From: Azolla caroliniana
Taxonomy: Eukaryota > Plantae > Polypodiophyta
Assembly (NCBI GenBank): GCA_043228905.1
Contig: JBHGNT010000005.1
Location: 8,556,001-8,620,000, forward strand
Length of the DNA stretch: 64,000 bases
Direction of reading: 5' to 3'
In this document: positions 1-12,484 of the stretch, one piece after another
Layout of the letters: every line of letters begins with the position of its first letter
How positions within the stretch are numbered: position 1 is the first letter of the stretch
Translations under genes and position numbers: made by a program
The notes under the pieces: generated by a model
The model's input: only the letters and a program-made list of their open reading frames with translations
Told to the model about the DNA's origin: nothing
Databases searched by the model: none

Positions 1-1718
1 TATATACAAATAGATCACTTGAGTTTATTTGATAGAACACGAGAGACAATATGTGCAAAGCGCAATGCCATCCGATGCCTCTTATTTGTAAATTAGGATA
101 TAGGATTACATAGAACGCCTTGTTTCTTTTAGCAACATTACCACAAAAAAATGTCTAGTGAGTAATTTTTTCAAAAACCTTATCTATCATTTTGACATGA
201 CCCAATTAAACCAGGTCAAGTAAGTTTAGAGGAAGGCTGTGGAAAATATTCATATTGTTGACATGACGGTAAGTGATTGTAATCCAGAAAGAACCCAAGG
301 GGCGGTAGTCGAAGCTTCCGAAAGAAAGATGTGGCACCCAAATATGTTTCCTAAATTGGCAGAGATGCTACAATAACAATACATACAGATTTTAGAGAAG
401 TTTATTTTATTTTTTCCCTTGGGGCGGTTCTAGCACTGGAGGAAGAGTAGCTCGATATAGAGCTATGATGGCAAAAGGAGTGGAGACCCTTGCACACTTT
501 CAATGGGACGAGGGGGTCATGGCCAACCAAAACATACGTGTGGAGTGTGATAAGTATGACGAAGACCATCATTTTTGTATTGGTCGTACCAACGAAACCA
601 TGTGAATGTACATCATACGCATCATCCCCTAGCGATAGTGATGAAGGTGCGGGGCCAATTTCTTTTTCTATATCGCCCGAGCCAACGAATGAACCGTAGA
701 ATGTGTTAGGAGTAAATACGTCACAACCGCGATTTTCTCTTCTTCTGCTTCGTCTTTCTTGAACTTCTTCTTCTTTCTTGAACTTCTTTTTGGAGAGGAG
801 GAGGAGGAGGAGGAGTCTTTTTTGTTGTTTTAATACTTGGGTGTGAAGAGTGAGTGAGGAGGCCATTATCTATATACATATATAAAAATAAATAAATATT
901 TATTTATTGATTTATAATATAAATATAATTTATATTTAAATATGGTATGATATGGAGAGAGCACAAAGAAAAAGGGAGGAAAAAAATGTCTCTCCACATT
1001 TGGATTGCAGGAGAGTGCCCATCATATTCTGTTGCCTTCCTACACCTTCTTCATTCTTCTTGCCATACCTCTGCTCTGCTCTGCTCTGCTTCATTAGCAG
1101 TCGAAGTAAACAGTATAATCATTGATGCAGAGTATAATCAATGATCCATCATACTTGCCCATGAGACCTTGTCAGAAGAAGAAGAAGAAGAAGAAGAAGA
1201 AGCAGCAGCAGCAGAAGGCGAAGAGACCAATGGCCATGCTGTCCAAGATTCATAGAAAAAGAAGAAGAAGAAGATCAATATCAGGATCGGATTGGGAATC
1301 GGATCCTTCTTCTTCTTCTTCTTCTCCTTCTTCCCCAATCCTTTCTGATAAATTAATTTCTTCATTAAATGGCTACCATGGCTATGATGATGCTCATGGG
1401 GGTGCATATACTGACAATGAATGTGTTCCTTCTCATCATCATGGGGTTATGGATCTCCACAACCATATCCGCGTGCAACAACATATTATCCATGATCATA
1501 TTCAGGATAAGGTTTCTTATATGCATCATCATCCACATGTCCATGTGCAACATATGGTGGGGGACATCCGTTGTTATAACAAAAACGTGTCTTATAATGC
1601 AAGACATTGCAGGTTTCTGCGAAAGATCCATGGTGGCCTTCGATGGCTCGGATCTGCATATCTCCAACTCCTCTTCTTGGTCGCGTTTCAAGGTGCAATA
1701 ATTTCTTGCACATCTTCA

Positions 1719-1720
<2 letters not shown>

Positions 1721-1754
<34 letters not shown>

Positions 1755-1850
1755 AATAATGATGATGATAATGATGATGAAAATGATGATGATGGTGATG
1801 ATGAAGAAATCCCTCTCATGAGACCCATATATTGATGGTGATGGTGATGA
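1721..1850. repeat. (GAT)n-rich microsatellite
   Basis: Long imperfect gatgatgat run; it produces the poly-Asp and poly-Ile ORFs in the track. Confidence 0.9.
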
Positions 1851-1980
1851 TATCCCCTTCATGAAACACATATTCAAGTTTACTGTCTCATAAGCATACT
1901 CTTCAAAGATCAAGGTATTCTTCTTCTCTGAGATGAGAAAAAGTTTTATGGGAGGGGAGATCTCCCCTTCATTTCTACTA

Positions 1981-2290
1981 GCATTAACCAATGCCTATTT
2001 GAACTTAACATTGTAGCTAATTGTTGCTTCTGACCAGTAACCTAACAAAATGCCAAATTGATGTCCAACTTTATGTTAATTGGGTTTGAGTACCATTAAC
2101 CAATGCCTCACCTTATGTTTATTGGTTATCAACCTGATTAGCTTTGTCTTATGCTTATTAGGCACCATTAACCATGCCTAATTGATGCTAACCTTATGCC
2201 TATTGGACACTTGCTATGCCTAAATGATGTCCAGGTTATGTTAACTGACATCGATCTTATGTCAAACTTAACACTCACTGACCATACGCC
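1981..2290. repeat. Degenerate short-motif array, possibly a DNA-transposon subterminal region
   Basis: Recurring motifs cattaacca(a)tgcct, ttatg(tt/cc)tattgg and (a/t)tgatgtcca over about 300 bp. Confidence 0.45.
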
Positions 2291-4339
2291 CTCTGATTTC
2301 ATTAATAACAAAAGTATATTAATCCGTCACAAAATCGTCGATTGTAAAAAGAAAATTCATTAATTCATGAATGTTTAAGACTCGTGTGGTGATTTTTCCC
2401 TACGGGAGTAAGGATTGTACTAATCAAATGACATGGTTAAACGTCTCCCAAAAGAATGGAAATGATTTTTAAAGTCAATGCCAATGGTGGTTTGCCAATC
2501 TTGGCAAGGAACATGTATTCTTTGTTTTCTAATATAACCTTGTAACTGTCCTAAACATGTCCTTTATTTTCTAATATAACCATGTTGTCTTGTGCCGAAT
2601 TATGTGGCATTCATGTCGTAATGTAATTGTTTTGGTCATGCTGGAAAACGGAAGGATGTTTTTATCAATGGAATGAATAGAAGCAATGAATGAATCAATG
2701 GCCTCTGAAAAAGTTTAAAGCTATGGATTTAAAGTCAATGTTGAATTTCTTTGGTGTTCAATCATCACCCCTACATCAATAATGAAGGAGAAAAAATGTG
2801 CTCACTAGTTGACAATGTGATTATAATGTTTGGAAATTGCATGTGCCTTTCCTAAGAAAATATGCATATAACCTCTAGAAACAGTTTCATTTGTCAATCC
2901 CCTTGATCGTCTCTCAACCATGGTCTCTCTATGCTAAGAAACTTTGCTATATTACTTGTTATTAGCTCATTGCGTGCACACGAGTGTAGTTGTCTAATTT
3001 ATCACTTTGGTTACAAATCTATCACTAAAATGTTGAAAATAATCTCCCACAAAAACATAATAAGGTAGTACTCCAATTCACTTTTATGTTGATGATAATG
3101 AAGAAGAGCATGCAAAATATCATTTCCAACGTTGTGTATTGAACCATGCAATTCAATAGAAGAGCTTTGCCAAGAAATCTTACATATTGACACCTAGTAC
3201 ACTAGAGAGAGGATATAGTGGCTTGCAAGTAAAACTCTATCAAAAAAGGAATGCATAATAATATCATGTGCAGCGAAAGTATAAGCAAGAAAAAGAATTC
3301 CAACGTTATACTAACCCCAACAATCCAATAAACAAAGTATAAGTTCCCCAAACATTGATCATTTCTTAGTGGTAATGCAATTGGTGAATGGCTAGGATGA
3401 GAATAATGCCAATCATGGTATATTTCTTAGGAAAGGTGTTTTTAGAATATGTCAACAACAACATGCAATTGCTATTTTCAATGAAGCACATGTAACCTCT
3501 TTTGCTACAAAATACTCTGGTCACAAGAGGGCTTCCATGAGTAAATAAAGAAGAAGATAATGGCATACGAAAAAAAATAAGTACATAAGATTGAGAAAAC
3601 AAAAACGATATGACAATCAACCAACTAACAAAAGAAAATAATTCAAAGGATGTATACACGAAATAATAGAAAGTTGGGAAAAGAAAAAACATGCATAAAT
3701 GACACCAAAGCACAACCAATACAAAAAAAAGAATCCAAGGAACTTGTACATGGAAGGAGTTACGAAAAGGGAATACAAGAGAAACTGAACTTCAATCATA
3801 TTAACATTAATAAAAAGACAGTTTTTGGAAGAAAAAAAAGACAATAATATATTATCAAACAATTGGAGATAGCAATAAGTGCAACTACCAAAAGAAAACC
3901 GAGCAAATGTAAATGCTCTTGTTGAGCGGAACTTACAAGCACGTATTTGACGATATAGATCATATCAAGTAAAAGAGGGTTTGCCTTGATTTAAACCAGG
4001 GTGTCCTTATTATATATACATTGGCCATTGATAATACCACTAAGACATACATCCTGCCTACACGTAACACAAATGCGTATAAAGGCCTCGCTCACACTTC
4101 ACATTTACTGTAAGAGAAATTGTTGAAGGTGCTCTAAATATGTACATACTTTCAATACAACAACGAGAATATAACTAACAAATGTAAGCATTAAGTAGTA
4201 CCAAGTAGAGAGAGAGAGAGAGAGAGAGAGAGGGATTTTTAGCATCCATAGAGAGGCCAATATCGACCCATGGGACTTAAGTACACATGTTTTCTTGATG
4301 TATGCCTCCTTCCTAAGAAAGGATATTCGTAGTTTGAAG

Positions 4340-4590
4340 CACGAAGCCTCGATATGTAAGGTATACACATATGAGCTCAACCTTCTAGATGTTCTCTCTA
4401 ATATGACACTCAAGTCATCATCTCCTCTTAATATATATCAGCATAGCTTTCACGAATTGCACTATATGCAGAACATGTAAAAGCACGTGATTCTCATCCT
4501 CCACTAGCCCTTCTTGCACACCTTACATGCATTTTACATTTGGCTGATTTTGATGCCATAATGCAACTTCAATACCTAGGTTGTGTGGTC
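4340..4590 (-). mobile_element. Degenerate 3' fragment of a non-LTR retrotransposon (LINE) ORF2, C-terminal CCHC region
   Basis: With frameshifts the minus strand reads ...GLVEDENHVL(F)TCSAYSAIRESYADI..RGDDLSVILERTSRRLSSYVY, matching the EDExH...C zinc-finger tail typical of LINE ORF2. Confidence 0.5.
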
Positions 4591-4639
4591 AAGTATGAAG
4601 GAGTGTTAGGGCTCTAAGAGAGTTAATACTCATATTAGT

Positions 4640-4675
<36 letters not shown>

Positions 4676-6718
4676 GGTTGACCACCATATCCGCTATTTG
4701 TAGAACAGCCCGTTTGGCCACATTGTTCATTAATGTTTGTTGCTCCAGTTATCTGGTAGTCCTATTGTGTAGGTTGGGTTGAAGATGTGTGGAAAGCATA
4801 GTTAAATGTGGTCAAAGACCATAGAGCATTGTATCAAAGTATGGTACTTATACTCTCAAACTTGTTTACATTTTAGAGAGAGAGAGAGAGAGAGAAAGAT
4901 ACACACAGATTTTTTTAATAATGAGGTAAGGTTGAATACGAAGAATAGGCCTTCTCGCCTTACATGGAACCCAACATTCAGGATTGATGTTGACTACATG
5001 CGAAGAACACCGACTCGCAGCATTTTGTTACTCCAACATCATCGAAGATAAGTGAAGAATATACTAAGTTGATAAATAAGTTGCCGCGAGGAAGGAACAG
5101 GATTGAAACATGCCTAAAAATCTATTCATGATTCCCCAAGCAAAAATCAACGATCGAGCGTTTACCCATCCATCCAAACAGTATATTAGACTCTTTAAAG
5201 CAATGCTTTGTAATAGATAAGAGCTGCTGCATTGTTTCTTCGTTAACAACTTTATTAGTTGTGGGAGGTTGATAGAAATAATTGTTCTCGTCTGCTTGCT
5301 TGCGTAGACGACATATAAAAAAGGATCAGACCCTCTAGCCGTAACCGTTAAGACAGGTACTTGCTCTCCCAGCAAGCGGAGTTGGTGGGCAGGATCTCGC
5401 TGCATTGAAAGATCAGTCTAATGCGAAGACAGCCTGCCAAAACAAAAACAAAATTTGCATGATGCAGCTTCTTGGTAGGCAAAAAATGTCTGCATCGACA
5501 CTAAGTGAAGAATAACGGGTTCAGCGTGGGAAGAACCACAGCAGAGTGAAGCAAGATTGAACTCTTCATCCAATACCACCATTTCCTAGGCAGAAATCAA
5601 CAATTGAACCTGAGAGGTTTACCCCCTCCATCCTCTAAAAGGCTGATTAGACTGCAGTTTTCAATATTCATTTATTGAATAGCATAGAAATGAAAAAAAA
5701 AATCTGCACTGTGGGCTTCGTTGTCGCAGAAGATTCGGCATGCTGATGTAGCAGGGAGGACTCTCTTTCACCATTACTGCTTGCCTGCCTGTGCGAAAGG
5801 AAAGCAGCTAATCTTAGAATTTTTTCGAGGTGGTGGTAGTGTTCGGCAGTGAGGAAAGTGGTTCATGGTGATATTCTTATTCATCATTTATTAAAGGATC
5901 ATCCATAAGAGGATTATCATATGCAGTATAACTGAGAAGGCAGTTGAAGCTAGATTTTCATCTGTCACTGCTTCTTTCTGTTGTTGAAGAATGGCGACTT
6001 CCACTACGAGATAGGTGTGTATCAGTTTGTGTTTCGACATCAGTTGGCCTTTCTTCAGTTTGTGTTTCAACATAGAGAGAGAGAGAGAGAGAGAGAGCAC
6101 ACCAAAATATGTATATCTACTAGTACATATGGAGGAAAACATTTAAAACATTTGGCATACCACAAACATCAGAGATCAAGTCTCGTAAAACATTCGGCCA
6201 TTTACTCCATTTTTGCAAAATATAAACAATTGCCCTTCATGGGGAAGGTCGTTATGGTGGTTCATGGTTAATTCTCATGCTTGCATCCTCAGCAAGGAAA
6301 TGAATACGATTTCGTGAGTTCTCAGCAACACATGGTATCTCTCTTGCATTGCTATGCTATTTCTGTTCAGATGAGCATTAATCATAGATTAATGACATAT
6401 CACAGCTTTTACTCTCATCAACATGAAAAGATGCTATATTTACACAATGTTCAAGAACTCGCTCTCTGGAGCAATAAATTCTGTACACACCATCCTGATT
6501 TTCAAAAAAATATTGCGTTGGCGACATGTTTGAGATTATTGCATTTCAATACTACTGATTGAGGATTTGCGTCATGTGATTGAATATGTATTCGAATTTA
6601 GTTGACTAAAGCATCAGTTGATCATTGATAATGCTTTTGAATGCTCACAAATTCTCATATCTGTACTCACAACGTGGAAAAGGACCTTGAGATTAGATTG
6701 ATTATAACTCTTTCTCCA

Positions 6719-9700
6719 TCAGAACATATCAGCACAAGAACATAAACCATCCTTGAAATGATGTATACAACAATCATCACGAAGAATTATCTCTCGTTTT
6801 TCGATCTGAGATACGAACTTTCCTGTATCATGACAGTCATTACACATCCTCAGATTTTTGGTCACACGAAGGGTCTCTCCTTGTGGAGTGTTGAGAAGAC
6901 CAAATGCTATTGCAAGTTTCTCAGCATGCTGACATATAGAAGCTTCTTTGTCCAGATCCGAAAGTGGTTTCAAGACTAAATCAAGATTTGGCACATAGCC
7001 TTCATCTTTAACTCGTGATCCTATGATTTGATTGATTGTCAAAGGTTGTTCATTCCCATCTTCCCCCATTATGAACTCATGTAATTCATTGTTCACCTCT
7101 ATGGAAGCAATAGCAGGCTTTTTCTTTGCTCCAACATATTTTCTCAGATGTTCTATCCTGTGTGCCTCTTGTAACATGCCGGCCCCTGTGTAAATGTCAG
7201 ACATTATGACGTACCAACTTGCGTCTTGTGGTTTCATTTGAACAAGATTCTGGAAGCACCGAAAACCTAACTCAACTTCCCCTTGTGTTTTGCAAGCACT
7301 CAAGAGAGAGGACCATATTTCTATAGTTGAAGGACACATCCTTTCAAGAAATGTCTCAGCCTCATATACATGTCCTGATCTTGCCAGTAGATCAACCATG
7401 CAAGTAAAATGTTCCACATTTGGTAATACACCATACGTTTCTCTCATAGCTTTGAAATATGTCTGACCTTCTCGCACCATACTAGCATGGCCACAAGCAT
7501 TCAAAAGACATATGAAGGTAACTTCATCTGCTTGTAAACCTCGGGTATGCATATCATGAAAGTAGTGTATTGCTATGGAACCCTCATGATTCATGCCATA
7601 TCCCTTTATCATTGAGCTCCATGCAACAGCATCTTGAACTGGAAGCTTTTCAAAGACTTCCCGAGCCTTCCAAATAGAACCACATTTTGCATACATGCTT
7701 ATCAAACTGTTGCCAATTGAAGGATTCTTCGCTAACAACTCTGGAGGTATAGCCATGTGTATTTCCTGACCTTTTCCGATGGCTCCAATGTTCCCACAAG
7801 CTTTCAAACAAGAAGTAATGGTCACAACATCAGGCACGTGATTCTCCAATTGCATCTGCTTAAAACAATTCAGTGCTTCTTGACTGGGTCCATGCTCAGC
7901 ATAACCTGCCATCAATGCATTCCATGAGACAACGTCATACATAGGAAGGTTATCGAACACCTTTTCTGCCTCATTGAGCCAACCACACTTAGCATACAGC
8001 CCAACTAGAGCATTTCCTACAGAAAGTTCTCTATCAAGAGCTCTTTGCACAATTTCTGAGTGTATATCTCGACCCCTGTTTATAAGCCCTGCATTGCTGC
8101 AAGCTTTCAAGGCGCAACAAAATGTGACCACGTTTGGAGAGAGGTTATCCATTTTCATCTTCTCAACACAATCAAATGCTTCCTCACCATGTCCACCATC
8201 AGCATAACCTGCAATAAGTGAGCTCCACGAGACCTCATCCCGAACTAACAATGTTTTTAAAACTTCCTGTGCCTCTGAGATGAAACCACATTGCGAATAC
8301 ATGCCAATCAAACTGTTCCCAAGAGAAGTGTTGAGTCTAAGCTCATCATCATTAATCTTCATGTGTATTTCTTTACCTTTTTCGATGGATCTTAAACTAC
8401 CACAAGCTTTTAGAGCACACATGATTGTAACAACATTCGGAGAGATGCCTTCTAACTGCATCTCATCATAACATTTAAGTGCTTCTTCTGCGGGTCCATA
8501 TTCAGCATATCCAGCAATAAGAGCTGTCCATGTTACGACATCTCGATGGCATAGCTTGTAGAGGGCCTCCCGAGCGTCAAACAAAGAACCACATTTTGCA
8601 TACATGCTAACCAGACTATTAGCAACAAAATAGTTTGTCTCCTGAGCCTTTGCAACAATATCAGCATGTATTTCCCGACCTTTTTCGATAGACAACAGGC
8701 AGCCACAAGCCTTGAGAATACAAGCAAATGTGAAGGCATTAGGAGAAACACCAGCTAAATGCATATGTTCAAAATATTCAAGGGCTTTTTCAAAAGGGCC
8801 ATTTTCAGTATATCCAGATATCAATGCAGTCCAAGAGACAACATCTTGAGCCAATAGCCTATCGAATACTTCTGCAGCTTGTTTAAGCAATCCACAACTT
8901 GAATACATTCTAACCAACAAATTAGCAACTTCAGGATCACTATCGAATCCTAATCTTGCAATTTCAGCATGAAATTCACAACCTTTTTCAACATTTTTCA
9001 GCCTTGTACTCACTTTCAACATAGTGACAAATGTGTGGGAGCTTGGGTATACATTATGATTTTGCATTTTCTCATACAAATCAAGAGCATCCTGAAAGTA
9101 GCCACATTGAACATATCCTATGATCAAAGATGTCCATGAATGTTCATTTCCATGATCTAGTTTGTGAAAGAAACATTCAGCCTCTGATATACCTCCACAT
9201 TCTACAAACATTGGAGTGATATAATTCCCTAAATATTTGTTTGTTTCTAATCCTTCGTCACAAATGAGGACAAAAAGTTTCCTCGCAATCAAAAGGTTTC
9301 TATTACGCCGGCATTGCATAAGAATGCGAACAAATTCATCTATGGAATGTAATTCTGATCTCTGATTTAGGAAATCAAAACCATTCTCTGATCGTACATT
9401 ACAACTCCAATCAGAATGATTATCTGTCTTCACTTTTCGAAATCTATCTGTATGTGATTCTTGTTGTTGTTGGAACAGCCTGAGGCTGGATGATTTTTCT
9501 AGACCAGATTGAAGGCATACCTGTTTCGCATGAAGATTATCATGAATCTAAAACATGAAGAGTTTACATATACCATATAGAACAAAGACAATAAAGGAGG
9601 ATAAATTAACTGCTCGTGCGTGTGTATGAGAGACAGAGAGAGACTTACTTGCTGTTTCACATTGGGTAACGAAGAATGATTGTCAGCAACCGAGTAAGAC

Positions 9701-9735
9701 TGAAGGAAGCACGCAGGAATGAATGGCAGAGCCAT
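6719..9735 (-). CDS. PLS-class pentatricopeptide repeat protein with E and DYW:KP-type deaminase-like domain (organellar RNA editing factor), about 962 aa
   Basis: Exon 1 9735-9649 (ATG, 29 codons, donor GTAAGT), phase-0 intron 9648-9521 (ends CAG), exon 2 9520-6719 in frame with the 904-aa ORF. Repeated P-L-S triplets (DVVSWTALISGY / PNAFTFACILKACG / NSLVSMYAKCG), then KKKPAIASIEV, HAEKLAIAFGL, NLRMCNDCH, HHFKDGLCSCADMF. Confidence 0.95.
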
Positions 9736-9896
9736 GGGACCTATCAAAGAAACCAGAGCAGAGTATTTCTTTACTACGAGAGAGAGGGAGCATCATAGAG
9801 CACACAAGAACAGAGTCCCTTGTGTATTTTCCTTTGGATGGAAGAGATAATAAATAAGCAATAAGATATATATATATGTACATACATATATACTTA

Positions 9897-9945
9897 GTAT
9901 GTATGTATGTATGTATGTATGTATGTATGTATGTATGTATGTATG

Positions 9946-9978
<33 letters not shown>

Positions 9979-10007
9979 TTGTATATGTATGTATGTATGT
10001 ATGTATG
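9897..10007. repeat. (TATG)n microsatellite upstream of the PPR gene
   Basis: Near-perfect gtat/tatg tetranucleotide run. Confidence 0.95.
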
Positions 10008-10109
10008 TGATAGAGAGGGGGGAAGTTCCTCACTTCAACACTTGATCCGAAATGAAGTGAACCATTTTTCAGCTAGCAAGCTAGTGGTGTCCAAGACCTT
10101 GTAGTGCCT

Positions 10110-10225
10110 AGACTTCTACCATGGAACATTGGAGTTGCCCATCCTAGCTCCAACATGATTGTGTGTCAAGACTTTTCCCATGGAACATTGGAGTTGCCCA
10201 TTGTAGCTCCAATATGATTGTGTGT
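10110..10225. repeat. 2 x 59-bp tandem duplication
   Basis: agactt..ccatggaacattggagttgcccat..tagctccaa.atgattgtgtgt starts at 10110 and again at 10169. Confidence 0.85.
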
Positions 10226-12484
10226 GTCGTGAGTGAATTTGATTGACAGCGTATGGAGAGCAAACTTGATCGACAATGCCTGGAGAGCAAGGATAGATGT
10301 GATCACAAGTAGAGCATTATATCAAAGTGCAATGTTCACATTGATTCTGAGCTTTGTTTAGGGCAAAAGTATGTAATAGTCAACAAGCCTAACCTCCCCC
10401 CCCCCCCCCCAAACAACAAGCAATGTTATGGATGGCTCAGAAACCAAGGGACATAGTCTAAGATGCACCAGTAATTTCCCTATTCGGAGAAGAAGCTACT
10501 TTTTGTGAGTTTGGTGTAATTGTAATACCCCACATATTTCCCAATCTTATTTGACACCCCTTTGCATCTTCGAACTCGTTTCTTCATGGCTTCCATCCAC
10601 CAAGAACCCAAAATTTTGCTTTTCATACGTCGTTTGAATATTTTTGCTCACTCCCCATGCAATTCTAAGATGTTGGTGTAAGGGTATTTTTTAATCTGAA
10701 GGATGCTTTGGACACACCTTTCCATGCCCACTATCTCATTGGGAACTCATTCCTATCTCAAGAAGTAGGATCATATGTGCCATTTGTAACTTGACTAGGC
10801 AAGAATAGGAAAAATAACATGTTGGGTTAAACTATGAAACCTTTCTATTCTTCTCTGAGGTTGTGACATTTCAATTTTTTCTGTTTTATGGAAGTTTTGC
10901 AAAAAATTCTGGAGCTCGCATCTTTTATCAGTATACAAAAGGAGTCATGCACTGTGTTCACTAGAAATTGAGTTCAACAAGCAAATGAACACATTGCTTT
11001 AAGTTCAATGAAATCTATGATTATTTGTCTTGCCCAACTATATTAAAGAGTGCACACACACACAAGCTAAAGTATCATGGATCCCCACATCTTCTATCTA
11101 TATGCCACAAGAAGTATGTATTGAAATTTTGACATCATTTTGAAAGTAAATTGTATGAAAACTTTGTAATATCAAACCTTAGTATTAATTCCCATAATAT
11201 TTTCAAGTTTATGTGACATTACATCTTGTGAGCAAATTTCGTATCTACGCAATTTGTCACAGGTGCCTTCATTAACTCTTGATATGTAAGTTGTTGGATA
11301 AGCAGTATGTCTTCTTTCAAGTGATTTTTGTGCTAATAAAACCGAGAATAGATCCAATAACCATCCATACACATATTTATATGTGCTTCCAATGCCAACT
11401 AGTATGCTTAAAAGTTAATACTATAAAAAACATTTCTAGTAATTGAAGTGACAATACTCCTAGAGAGGGCCCCTTGTGGAGAAATCTGGTCCCACCAAGG
11501 CTCAAGCACATGAAGTTTTTACTATCAACAGCAAAAAATTTGACATAATTTGATATGGTTGAAATCATTAGCCATATTGGTCTCTAGGTTCATTATGCCT
11601 CCCTTCAAAATTGTTCAAAGCAATAAATAGATGCTTGGGAGGTTTTAGTCTCTAAAATATATGTTTGTATAGATATTAGAAACTACTCTTGCAAATATCC
11701 AATAAGTACAAGCATCACTCAATTAACTCATAATATTAGTTTCCCAAAACATTAGTTTTATTATATTTTAATTGTATTGAGAGGGAAAATGGATGTCCTA
11801 ATGAATAAAACAAGTTTCTTAACTGGAAAGGGAAAGAGGGTGGCCTAATGAATCAAACAAGTTTCTTAAAACATTAGTTATATACATTTTCATATTGAAA
11901 GAATGCAAATGTCCTAATGACTCAAAGAGGCATCAATCAATTTCTCGAGTCAGAAGTTCTACCATTACATATACTCTAGTATTAACCATAGTTTATTGTT
12001 GCAAGGTCAATAACATAAATAACGAATAACACAATAATTCTTAACATCACAATCAAGTCATTGATACAAGGAACTTCTGAAAACCGTAACCAACACAAGA
12101 TTCTTTCTACCCACCTATGTGTAGGACAACACATAATAATTCTTAACATGATGATGCATATCTTTGATACATGGAAATTACCAAAGCCATACAAAAGAAA
12201 GATTCTACGCACCTACAATAATAGTATATAAATATTACATTGTATAAACATAATAATGCATATAAGGGAACATATCTATTTCATTTCACAAGTCATTGAA
12301 TATAATTTATGGCCTTGCAATAGATGGAGCATCTATTTTGTTTCGTATGTCATTGAACATAATTTATGGGCTTGTGATAGATGTACAAAAGTAGCAGTAA
12401 TGAATATTTTTTCCGACTCTCAATAAGAATATGATTTGTCTAGTTCGTTAAACATATCTTTTTGGTCATTTATAAATTATAATG

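Noticed and set aside
750-790. miR396-like ctttcttgaact motif
   Set aside because: Only a partial match inside a CTT-rich tract, and no precursor hairpin is evident.
1550-1660. AP2/ERF-like words (GDIR...RWLGS) in the 237-aa ORF
   Set aside because: The spacing and the YRGVR and AARAYD motifs do not fit.
2300-3900. Possible decayed DNA-transposon coding sequence
   Set aside because: No transposase motif could be read in any frame.
9683-10104. YIHT/MYVC repeat ORFs
   Set aside because: Translations of the (TATG)n microsatellite.
10400-11700. Possible pseudogene fragments between the PPR and peroxidase genes
   Set aside because: Short, stop-ridden frames with no family I can recognise.
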